DNA of 64,000 bases. Origin: Longispora sp. K20-0274. Its GTDB lineage: Bacteria > Actinomycetota > Actinomycetes > Mycobacteriales > Micromonosporaceae. The stretch covers positions 3,298,665-3,362,664 of the forward strand of contig NZ_CP139447.1 of NCBI RefSeq assembly GCF_047121295.1. The letters run 5' to 3'. The notes below the pieces were generated by a model that was given only the letters and a program-made list of their open reading frames with translations, searched no databases and was not told the DNA's origin. The position numbers and the translations under genes were made by a program. Shown piece by piece: positions 48,632-57,500 of this stretch (the stretch's first letter is position 1; every line of letters begins with the position of its first letter).

Positions 48632-49852
48632 TCAGGTGCCGGCGGTCGCGGGCCGGGCGACGCCGATGCGGACCAGGTCCGTGACCAGCTCGGTCGCATC
48701 GGCGGCGTCGAGTCCGGGCACGAGGTCGGCGGCACACCACGGTTCCGGGTCGTCGGCGGTCAGCAGTGCCGCAACGACGGCGGCGGCCGGCTCCTCGAAC
48801 TCGACGGTGAACGCGCCGAGGTGCAGCCGGAGCCCGCCGCCGTCGAGTGCGGTGACCCCGCAGACCGCTTCGGCGACCGTGCGCACCGGGGTGTCCTCGG
48901 CCAGGCCGGGCAGGATCGCCGCGGTGGCGGCCGGGGTGCGCGGTTCGAGGAAGAACCTCCGGTAGGCGTCGGCCATGACCTCGGCGTCGGCGGCCGGATC
49001 GAGGCTGTTCAGGGCCGCGCGGAGCTGCGCGACCGTCGTGGCGACGGCCCTGGCTCGGAGGCGGGGGTCGGCGCAGAATCCCCACGGGACCTCCGCGCGC
49101 AGCTCTTCGACGGCGTCGAGCCGGGCGAGGAGCTGTGTCGCGATCCAGTGGCCGGTCAGCGCGGGGAAGGCCAGACTCAGGTGCAGTGAGTGCTCGTCGG
49201 TGGCGAACCCGTTGTGCACCCAGCCGCGGGGGATCCACAGCGCGTCCCCGACACGGAGCACGGTCTCCAGTTGGGGGGTGCCGTGGCGCAGTCGGGCCCA
49301 ATCCGCGTCGGAGACCCGCTCGGCGCGGAACGGCTGGTGTTCCAGCGGATCGGTGAGCACCGGGGCGTGCACCTGCCACGTCTTACTGCCGGAGGTCTGC
49401 ACGATCAGGACGGCATGCGTGTCGTGGTGGTGGGCGAAGCCCTGGCTGCCGGCCGGGGTGAGGTAGGCGTTCGCGCCGACCGGCAGGCCGGTCTCCCAGC
49501 TCAGGCGGCGGCACAGGTCGCCCACCGGTGGCCAGGTTCGGTGGAGCGACTCCAGCACCACGGTCGAGCCGTCGCGCAACAGGGTGGTGAGCCGGGCCGG
49601 GCGGACCACGTCGGCGAATCCGGGCTGGACAGGTCTGCCCGACCAGGTGTAGGTGCCGCCGGGCACCCGTCGGCCGTCGGTGACCACGCTGACCATCTGC
49701 CGGTGCAGCGACCCGTGGTCGAGCAGCGCGTCGACGTCCGCGAGACAGAACGGCGGCGGGGCCGGCAGCGACCAGATGGCCGGACGCCGGGGCGGAGCGG
49801 CGAGAAAGCCGGCGGGATCGGGTACGAGCCCCGACAGGGCGGTCAGGCGCAT
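48632..49852 (-). CDS. JmjC/cupin-4 family 2-oxoglutarate/Fe(II)-type oxygenase (putative peptide hydroxylase)
   Basis: HxD...H iron facial triad candidates (FAHHHDTHAV ... WVHNGF) in a cupin fold. GAGGAG RBS lies 6 nt upstream. The start overlaps the MFS stop by 10 nt. Confidence 0.7.
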   Translation of the reverse strand: MRLTALSGLVPDPAGFLAAPPRRPAIWSLPAPPPFCLADVDALLDHGSLHRQMVSVVTDGRRVPGGTYTWSGRPVQPGFADVVRPARLTTLLRDGSTVVLESLHRTWPPVGDLCRRLSWETGLPVGANAYLTPAGSQGFAHHHDTHAVLIVQTSGSKTWQVHAPVLTDPLEHQPFRAERVSDADWARLRHGTPQLETVLRVGDALWIPRGWVHNGFATDEHSLHLSLAFPALTGHWIATQLLARLDAVEELRAEVPWGFCADPRLRARAVATTVAQLRAALNSLDPAADAEVMADAYRRFFLEPRTPAATAAILPGLAEDTPVRTVAEAVCGVTALDGGGLRLHLGAFTVEFEEPAAAVVAALLTADDPEPWCAADLVPGLDAADATELVTDLVRIGVARPATAGT

Positions 49853-51087
49853 CGTCTGCTCCTCAGGGGTTGTCCGGCGTGCGCCGGTGCGGGTGCGGTC
49901 AACTGGGCGCGCACGGGACCCACGGTGCAGAGCGCGGCGCACAGGCCCAGACAGGCCGCCATCGTGCCGTAGCCGGCCTGCGGGCCGAACCGTTGCAGCA
50001 GCCAGCCCATGGTGACGAAGGCGAACGGGTAGAGGACGGAGCCGATCAGGGTCATCGAACTCTGGGCGCGGCCCATCAGGTCGTCGGGCACCAGTCGGTA
50101 GGTGTGCGCGGTGAGCGCGATGACGAGGACCGGGCCCATCGCGGACAACAGGGCCAGCCCGACGGCCGTCGGGACCGGGTACGGCGCCACCGCCACGAAT
50201 GTCGTCACGGCGACGGCGCCGACGCCGCTGGTCAGCACGGCGGTGTACGGCCGGTCGGTGACCAGCCGGGGGGCCAGGGCCGCGCCGACCAGTGCTCCGA
50301 CGGAGACCGTGCCGGCCAGTACCCCGATGAGGGTCGGTGTGGTGCCGTGTGCCCGCAGCATCGGCACCAGGCCGAAGAACGCACCGGCGGTGGCGAAGTT
50401 CAGCACCGACGACCAGACGGTGACGACGCGCAGGAACGGCTGACCGGCGACGAACCGCAGGCCGGTGCCGATGTCGGCGAGCATGCCACCGGCCGAACGC
50501 GGCGCCCCGCCGCCGAGGTCGCCGCCGATCCCGGCCACCAGCACCGCGCACGCGACGAACGTCGCCACGTCGAGGACGAAGGGAGCCCACGGCCACAGCG
50601 CGAACAGCGCCCCGCCGATCGCCGGTCCGAGGAGTCCGGCGGCGTAGGTCCGGGTCTCGTTGAGCGACACCGCCCGGGTGAGCTGGTCCGACCCGACCAG
50701 CGCGCGGAGCGCCCCGCCCAGCGACGGGTTGTACACGGAACTGACGAGGCCGTCGAGACCCGCGATCAGGAGCAATGGCCACACCGCGCGCGCCCCGGTG
50801 GCCAGCATGACCGCCGGGCCGGCCCACAGCACCGCCTTGACGAGGTCGACCCGGATCATGACGGTGCGCCGGCGCCACCGGTCGGCGAGGACGCCGGCCG
50901 GCAGCCGGGCCACGTTCAGCACGACGAGCCTGACGGTGGCCAGACCACCGGCCGCGACCGCCGAGCCGGTCAGGTGCAGGAGCAACAGCGGCAGGCAGAT
51001 GTCGCTGATCCGGGAGCCGAGCGCCGACAGCGCCTGGCCCCACCAGAACCGACCGAAGTCGCGGTTGCCCCGCAGCAGGCCGGTCAT
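49843..51087 (-). CDS. MFS transporter (putative exporter)
   Basis: 12-TM major facilitator pattern. The ATG overlaps the stop of the upstream flavoprotein gene as ATGA. Confidence 0.75.
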   Translation of the reverse strand: MTGLLRGNRDFGRFWWGQALSALGSRISDICLPLLLLHLTGSAVAAGGLATVRLVVLNVARLPAGVLADRWRRRTVMIRVDLVKAVLWAGPAVMLATGARAVWPLLLIAGLDGLVSSVYNPSLGGALRALVGSDQLTRAVSLNETRTYAAGLLGPAIGGALFALWPWAPFVLDVATFVACAVLVAGIGGDLGGGAPRSAGGMLADIGTGLRFVAGQPFLRVVTVWSSVLNFATAGAFFGLVPMLRAHGTTPTLIGVLAGTVSVGALVGAALAPRLVTDRPYTAVLTSGVGAVAVTTFVAVAPYPVPTAVGLALLSAMGPVLVIALTAHTYRLVPDDLMGRAQSSMTLIGSVLYPFAFVTMGWLLQRFGPQAGYGTMAACLGLCAALCTVGPVRAQLTAPAPAHAGQPLRSRRCA

Positions 51088-51629
51088 CCGGCTGCCCGCC
51101 ACTGCGCCTCGACGATCTTCGCGGTGCCCGAGGGGCCGGGCATGGCATGGCTGTCGCCGAACTCGCCGTTCCACAGGGTCAGGACGGTGGTCGGTTCCGG
51201 GGAGACCACCACGACCCCGCGCTCCCTCAGGCCGCGCACGGCGGCCTGCGTGGTCCGGGCCCGCCACATCGTCGGGTGCATGTGGGGGAAGAGAACGACC
51301 GGGGCGGGCGTGGCCAGCACGGCCGTGAGCGCGGGCGAGTTGGCCAGCCCCAACGCGGCGGACACCACGAAATTGGCCGTGGCGGGGGCGACGACCAGCA
51401 GCCGGGCGGTGTGCGCGAACGCGACCGGGTTGAATCCGGTCGCGTTCGGCTCGACCACCTCGTCGGCCAGCAATCGGATAGCGGTCGGCTGCACGAACGT
51501 CAGGGCGGCCGAGGTGAGCAGGACGGTGGTGGGCACCGGGAGCCGCCGCCGCCAGGCGGTCAGGTGCGCGGGCAGTTCGAGGGCCGCGCTGGCGCCGGTG
51601 CACACCACCGCCAACCGGTCAGCGGGCAT
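51084..51629 (-). CDS. lanD: HFCD-family flavoprotein, peptidyl-cysteine decarboxylase (LanD/EpiD/MicD-like)
   Basis: Flavoprotein fold (LAVVCTGASAALELP..., VVAPATANFVVSAALGLANS, PAPVVLFPHMHPTMW) typical of homo-oligomeric flavin-containing Cys decarboxylases. The start overlaps the lanKC stop by 11 nt. Confidence 0.75.
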   Translation of the reverse strand: MPADRLAVVCTGASAALELPAHLTAWRRRLPVPTTVLLTSAALTFVQPTAIRLLADEVVEPNATGFNPVAFAHTARLLVVAPATANFVVSAALGLANSPALTAVLATPAPVVLFPHMHPTMWRARTTQAAVRGLRERGVVVVSPEPTTVLTLWNGEFGDSHAMPGPSGTAKIVEAQWRAAG

Positions 51630-54204
51630 GGCCGACCCCGACGCCCGACCAGCCGTACCGCAGGTCCAGGGTCCGACCGCCGGTGGCCAGGCGGCGCAGC
51701 GCCAGGGCGATGCCCGCCGAGCCGGTCGCGAGGTCGCAGCTCAGCCGCAGCAGCCCGTCGCCGGGGAACGCCACGCCGTCGGGTCCGGGTCGGCGCAGCG
51801 CCACGATCTGCCCGACGAGGCCGGCCAGAGCCTCGTCGACGGCCGGGTCGCCGGGCAGCACGTCCCGGCAGTCCAGCAGGAACTCCACCAGGCCGGTCAT
51901 CCCGGAGAACAGCCCCGGATTGACGGTGAACGGCATGGCCACCCCGCGCACGATCGAGCCGAGGGTCGTCGTGAGCCGTTCGTCGCCGGTGACCGCGAGC
52001 CGCCGGGCCACGGCCATGCCGACGCCCGCTCCGCCGCGCAGGAGGTACGGCTCGTACGCCGTGGCCCGCGCGTACGCGCCAAAGCCCAGGCCGCCGTTGC
52101 GCCGGAGCCGGCCGCGTTCGAGGTCGAAGGCCAGCGCCCGGCCGCCGAGTCGCAGCAGGCGGTCGTCGCCGGTCCGCGCGCCCAGTTCGGTGAGGAAGCC
52201 CGACACCCCGGACGATCCGTGCAGGTAGCCGAGCGGGTGCCGCGCGGTGTCCGTGGGCCACCACAGTCCCGTGCCGTCATCCTCGGCCTCGCCGGTCAGC
52301 CGGGCGGCGACCTCCGTGGCCAGGTCCGTCCAGGAGCCGTCGCCGGTCGCGTCGGCCGCCGCGAGCAGGCCGAGCCCGACGCCGGCGCGTCCCGTGGCCA
52401 CCCCGGCCGGTAGCTTGCCGTCGACCGCCCGGCGCGCCGCGTCGCGCAACAGTGCCGTGCCCCGGTCGGTCTCGCCGGCCTCGAGGATGGTGACGGCGAT
52501 GCCCGTGGCGCCGACGTACAGTCCGGCGGGAAGCGCGGGGTGCTCGTCGAGCCGGGCCAGCAGCCAGTCGAGTGCCACCGGATCGGCCACGCCATCGAGG
52601 AGCAGCAGGGCGCGCAGGACGCCGGCGGCTCCGTAGGCCACCGACAGCGGATTCGTGCGGAACAGCTCCGGGTGGGCGGGGAAGAGCCGGTCGGCGCGGT
52701 GGGGGGTCGCCGCCGATCGCAGGTGCCGGACGACCCCGTCGACCAGCTCGGGTGGCGTGGGCGCCGGGCCGTCGTCGGCGGCGACGCCGGGGGCACCGCG
52801 CTCCAGGACGGCCAGCAGGTCCCCGAGCGGGCGGTCCAGCGCGGCGGCGGTGTGCCGCAGGGTGCGCCCGAACACGCCCGGGTCCAGGCCCAGCAGCGCG
52901 TTGCGGGGAACGACGCAGGCCGCCTCGACGGCGGCGACGGAGAACCGCAGGTAGTCGTGGTCCACGCCCCATGCCGGTGAACCGACCTCCGGCGCGAACC
53001 CCAAGGTCCGGGGGTACCCGGCGGGGTCGTCTCCGGCGGGACGGCAAGCCTCGAAGTCGACCAGCCGCACCGTGTCGTCCTCGTCGACGAGGATGTTGGT
53101 GAGGGACAGGTCGCCGTGCACGACGCCATGGTCCGCGCAGGTCCGCACGGCGGCGGCGAGCTGCGTGAGCAGACCGTCGACCCTCCGGTTGTACGCGGCG
53201 ACCGTGTCGCGATCGGTGAATCCGCGCGCGAAGGGGTGGTGCCGCGCCAGCCACACCTGCAGAGTGATCCCGGGGACCAGGCTCTGCACGAGGAACGTGT
53301 GCTCCCACAGCCGGGTGAGCTCCACGGCCGCCGGCGCGACCCCGGTGCCGGCCAGGTCCAGCAGGAAGGCGTGCTCCCGGTGCAGCCGTTCGACCGCGTC
53401 GGACCCGTCGGGGGCGAACGCCGTGTGCGGCCGGGCCTCCTTGAGTACGACGTCGCGACCGTCGGGCCCGGTGGCCAGGTACACCCCGCCGGCTGTGGAG
53501 TGGCGCAGGACGGACCGGACCCGGTACCTGGTCAGCAGGTCACCACCGGTCGGTTCCGTCCCCGGCGGGAAGGGGTCCTCGGTGACCCACGGCGGCAGCG
53601 TGAACCGGGGGGTGCGCGCATCCGTCCACGCGGTCCCGTCCGGGCCGGTCACCGTGGCCGTGACGTGCCCGTCGGCATCGACGCCGGCCGGCCGGCGCAC
53701 CGTGCCGTACCGGTACTGCACCGTGCCGCTGCCCGGGTAGCGCCGGTCGGTCAGGATGTGCGGCCCCGCGAACCCGTCGAGGCGGTGGGCCAGCCGGTCG
53801 GCGAGCTCGCGGGCGTGCCCGACCGAGGTGGGGTACACCGTCACGGCCTTTCCCGCCCCGCCCCTCGACCACCAGCGGCTGAGCTGGGCGACGGCGAGCT
53901 CCGTGGACCGCACGCACTTGAAGCTGAACGGGCCCTCGAGGTACTCGTCGACGACCGCGTCCACCACGGCCAGCACGTCGGCGGGCCGGCAGGACACGTG
54001 CAGTTTCCAGCCGTGCGCCGGCAACTGTGACATGGGCTGGGCCAGGCACCGGACCCAGATCCCCATGGCCGAGACCGCGCCGGTGTCACCGAGGCGGTCG
54101 CGCACCAGGTCACGCAGGTCGGCGGTGTCGGGCCCGTGGTCGATCCGCTCGTAGTACAGCGGATCGGCGATCGCGTAGGCCCGCAACGATTCGATGATGG
54201 ACAC
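51619..54204 (-). CDS. lanKC: Class III lanthipeptide synthetase LanKC (N-terminal lyase, central Ser/Thr kinase, C-terminal zinc-ligand-free LanC-like cyclase)
   Basis: Lyase-domain N-terminus (...GWKLHVSCRP...) and a kinase core (VVHGDLSLTNILV ... VDFE). The C-terminal cyclase domain has GYLHGSSG and NPGLFSGMTG where LanC/LanM enzymes carry WCHG and CHG, so the Cys-Cys-His zinc site is absent. A GTG at 54204 is preceded by GGAGGA. The track shows a 1294-aa ORF whose first ~430 aa are antisense low-complexity artefact. Confidence 0.85.
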   Translation of the reverse strand: MSIIESLRAYAIADPLYYERIDHGPDTADLRDLVRDRLGDTGAVSAMGIWVRCLAQPMSQLPAHGWKLHVSCRPADVLAVVDAVVDEYLEGPFSFKCVRSTELAVAQLSRWWSRGGAGKAVTVYPTSVGHARELADRLAHRLDGFAGPHILTDRRYPGSGTVQYRYGTVRRPAGVDADGHVTATVTGPDGTAWTDARTPRFTLPPWVTEDPFPPGTEPTGGDLLTRYRVRSVLRHSTAGGVYLATGPDGRDVVLKEARPHTAFAPDGSDAVERLHREHAFLLDLAGTGVAPAAVELTRLWEHTFLVQSLVPGITLQVWLARHHPFARGFTDRDTVAAYNRRVDGLLTQLAAAVRTCADHGVVHGDLSLTNILVDEDDTVRLVDFEACRPAGDDPAGYPRTLGFAPEVGSPAWGVDHDYLRFSVAAVEAACVVPRNALLGLDPGVFGRTLRHTAAALDRPLGDLLAVLERGAPGVAADDGPAPTPPELVDGVVRHLRSAATPHRADRLFPAHPELFRTNPLSVAYGAAGVLRALLLLDGVADPVALDWLLARLDEHPALPAGLYVGATGIAVTILEAGETDRGTALLRDAARRAVDGKLPAGVATGRAGVGLGLLAAADATGDGSWTDLATEVAARLTGEAEDDGTGLWWPTDTARHPLGYLHGSSGVSGFLTELGARTGDDRLLRLGGRALAFDLERGRLRRNGGLGFGAYARATAYEPYLLRGGAGVGMAVARRLAVTGDERLTTTLGSIVRGVAMPFTVNPGLFSGMTGLVEFLLDCRDVLPGDPAVDEALAGLVGQIVALRRPGPDGVAFPGDGLLRLSCDLATGSAGIALALRRLATGGRTLDLRYGWSGVGVGHAR

Positions 54205-54221
54205 GCTTCCTCCCCTGGGGT

Positions 54222-54246
54222 GGGGCCCGGAGCGGATCCGGGCCCC
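54222..54246 (-). promoter_or_regulatory. Stem-loop (10-bp GC stem GGGGCCCGGA/TCCGGGCCCC, 5-nt loop) between precursor gene and lanKC; candidate attenuator/processing site
   Basis: Perfect inverted repeat seen in the 55-nt spacer between the precursor stop and the lanKC start. No U-tract follows it. Confidence 0.4.
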
Positions 54247-54259
54247 GTGAGCGGTCGGA

Positions 54260-54358
54260 CTAGCAGCCGTAGCTGACGCCGCTGCCGTCGGTGTCGGGCG
54301 AGACGTACTCGGCCGTCTCGTCGTTCTCGATGACCTGCAGGTCCAGAACCTCTGCCAT
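54260..54358 (-). CDS. lanA: Class III lanthipeptide precursor peptide, 32 aa: MAEVLDLQVIENDETAEYVSPDTDGSGVSYGC
   Basis: This ORF is absent from the supplied track because it is shorter than 60 aa. AAGGAG RBS lies 6 nt upstream of the ATG. The leader carries the class III (I/L)(L/F)(D/E)LQ recognition motif as VLDLQ. The core ends in S-x-x-S-x-x-C with a C-terminal Cys, a labionin/avionin-type motif. It lies immediately upstream of lanKC on the same strand. Confidence 0.75.
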   Translation of the reverse strand: MAEVLDLQVIENDETAEYVSPDTDGSGVSYGC

Positions 54359-54436
54359 GACGATCTCCTTCGGTGATGTCGGGAGCCGAGGTGTTCGGCC
54401 CCGGCGGACTCGGGCTCGCCGAGCCACGGACAACAG

Positions 54437-54467
54437 CTCACCAGCGGATATCGACCCGCCGCTATGG
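54437..54467 (-). promoter_or_regulatory. Candidate sigma70-like promoter for the precursor operon (TTGCCG - 18 nt - CGATAT on minus strand)
   Basis: Hexamer-like elements seen ~90 nt upstream of the precursor ATG in the divergent intergenic region. Weak, unverified. Confidence 0.2.
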
Positions 54468-54550
54468 GTATCGGCAATGCGGGGGTCCGGCCCTCGGCGC
54501 CGGGTGGCGGCGGTGACCCGCCGACCCGGGAATCTGGGTGCTGAGCACGC

Positions 54551-57500
54551 ATGCGCGCCGGCCGGACAGCGGGCATGCTGTCGTGCATGGACGGTGACGG
54601 GCGCGCGGGGACGGAGCGGTGCTGGTGGGCGCGCGGGCTGACCCTGACCGAACGGCCGACGCCGGCCCCCGGGCGGGTCGTCGCCGGGGACGCCGACCGG
54701 GCGGCCCGCAGGCTGGCCCGGTGGCGCACGGTGTTCCCGACCGGCGAGGCGTTCGGTGCCCGGCTCGCCGCGGCCGGCATCGACGAGAATGTCCTGGCGC
54801 TGCTGCTGGCCGAGGACGCCACCTCGCTCGCCGGCCGGGTCGACCGGCCCGACTGGGCCGGCTTCGCCGAACGGGCCGCCCAGCTGGCCCGGCCACCGAC
54901 CGGGCGGGAATTCACCTGGGAGGACGGGTTCGGCGCCATCGTCGGCCCGTTCGCGGAGCTGGCGGCCCGTGAACTGCTGGCCGCCGAGCCGGGACTGCGC
55001 GACCTGCGGGCCGGCTTCACCGCCCAGACCAGGGGGCTGCTGACGCGCCTGGCCCGCCGGACACTGGTCCTGGAGCTCAACGTGTACCGGGTGTCCGGCC
55101 GCCTCGACGGGGCCATGCCCCGTGACCGGTTCGCCAGCTTCGTGCGCCAGCTGTGCACCAGGGAGGGACTCACCGCGCTGATCGAGGAGTACGCGGTGCT
55201 GGCCCGGCTGCTGGCCCAGGCGTGCCTGCAGAACGTGACCGCCTGGGTGGAGCTGTACGGAAGGTTCACCCGGGACCGCCCCGCCATCGTCGCCGACCTG
55301 CTGGGCGCCGTCGAACCAGGTCCGTTGGTGGAGATCGCCTCCGGCGCCGGTGACCGGCACCGGGGCGGCCGGTCCGTGGCGGTGCTGAGGTTCGCCGACG
55401 GCGCGCGGGTCGTGTACAAACCCCGACCGGTGACCGCGCACGCCCTGTTCAACTGTGCCGTGCGCTGGCTCAACGCGCGGATGCCGGGGCCGGCCCTCCC
55501 CACGCTGGCTCTGCTGTCGCGACCGTCCCACGGCTGGGTGGAGTTCGCGGCCCACGCGCCGTGCCGGGACCGCGACGGGGTCGACCGGTTCTACCGCAGG
55601 CAGGGCGCGACCCTGGCCCTGCTGCACGCTCTGGACGCCACCGACATCCACCACGAGAACCTCGTGGCCCGTGGCGACGAGCCGGTGCTGGTGGACCTCG
55701 AGACCCTGCTGCATCCGACCCTGCCGGTCCCCGGACCGCGCGCCACGGACCCGGCGGCCCGGGCGATGGACTCCTCGGTGTACCGAACGGCCCTGCTGTC
55801 CCTGCCGGTGGTCGGCGACCACGGCATGATCGACCTGTCCGGCCTCGGCGCGGACAAGGGGGCTTTGAGCCCGCTGGACGGGGTCGGCTGGGGCGCGCCC
55901 GGTACCGACGAGATGCGGCTGGTCCGCCGGCAGGAGACCTTCGAGGGCTCGGACAACCGTCCCCGGCTCGACGGACGCGACGCCGATCCGGCGGCGTACA
56001 CCGCCAGCCTGCTCTCCGGTTTCCGCGACGCGTACCAGGCCATCGCCTCGGGTCGGGCCGAACTCGTCGGTCCCGACGGGCCGTTGGCCGCATCCGGGGG
56101 TGCCGACCTGCGGGTGGTGGTCCGACCCACCCGGGTGTACGCGACGCTGCTCGACGAGTCGACCCACCCCGACGTGCTGCGCGACGCCCTCGACCGGGAC
56201 CGGCTGCTGGACACACTGTGGGCGGACTCGACCGGCGCCGCGCTGTGGTGGCAGGTGGCCGGCGCGGAGATCGCCGGCCTGTGGGCGGGCGACATTCCGC
56301 TGTTCGACACCAGGTCGGACTCCCTCGCCCTGGCTTCGGGCGGGTTCACCCTCGACGGGGCACTCGACGCCACCGGCGTGCGCCGGGTCTCCGCCAAGCT
56401 CGCCGCGCTGGGCGGGCCGGACCAGTACGACCAGGAATGGATCATCCAGGCCGCGCTCGCCACCCGCGCACCGCTGCCCGAGCACCGGCCGGGGCGGTCC
56501 GGCGCCCATCCGCACGCGACGACGGTGCCCGACCGCGACCGGCTTCTCGCCTCGGCCTGCGGCATCGCCGACCAGTTGGTCGCGATGGCCTTCGAGGACG
56601 ACCACCACGCGAACTGGCTGGGCCTGGAGCCCGTCGACGACCGGCACTGGATGGTGCTGCCTCAGGGCGCGGGCCTGGCCCACGGGTACTGTGGCACCGC
56701 GCTCCTGCTCGCCCAGCTGGCGGGGATCACCGGGACCGCCCGGTACGCGCGGCTCGCCCGCAGGGCGGTGTGCCCGATTCCGAACCTGCTCGACCACCTC
56801 GCCCGGCACCCCGAACAGGCCGCGGCGGTCGGCTGCGGCGGATTCGCCGGCTTCGGCGGCATCGCCTACGCCCTCAGCCACCTGGCGGCGCTCCTGGACG
56901 ACGGGGAGGTCGCCGGCTGGGTGCCGGGCGCGGTCCGGCTGGTCGCCGGGGCCGCCCACGGCAGCGGGCCGGGCGTGCTGACCGGGGCCGCCGGCGGGGT
57001 GGCCGCCATGCTCGCCGTGCACGCGACAACGGGTTCGGACCTGGCCTGGGACGCGGCGCGGACCTGTGCCGACGCGGTACTGGCAGCCGATCCGGCCGGG
57101 TTGCCCGCCGGATTCGGCACCGGACTCGCGGGGATGGGCTGGGCCCTCGCCCGGTTCGGGGCCTCCGGCGGTGGCACCCGCTACGCCGACGCCGGCCGCG
57201 CGCTGCTGGCCGCGAGCCGTCCGGCGGCGGACGATCCCAGCTGGTGCCACGGCCTGCCAGGCCTGGCGCTCGCCCTGGCCGACCTGGGGGACACACCGGC
57301 GGGCGGGACCGTGGACCGGGCGGTCGGCGCCGTGGCGGCCCGGCCGCCGCTGGACGACCACAGCCTGTGCCACGGCGAGCTCGGCGGCCTGGAGCTGCTG
57401 GTGGAGGCCGCCGCCGGCGGGCACCACGCCGCCAGGGCCGGGCGGATCCCCCGGGCGGGCCTGCTGCTGGCGGCCCTGGACCGCGTCGGCCCTCAGTGCG

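Noticed and set aside
54461-54547. Plus-strand mini-ORF MGIGNAGVRPSAPGGGGDPPTRESGC (28 aa, ends in Cys) in the lanA/lanM intergenic region
   Set aside because: It has no RBS, no leader motif, and Gly/Pro-rich composition expected by chance in GC-rich DNA. It lies in a divergent promoter region.
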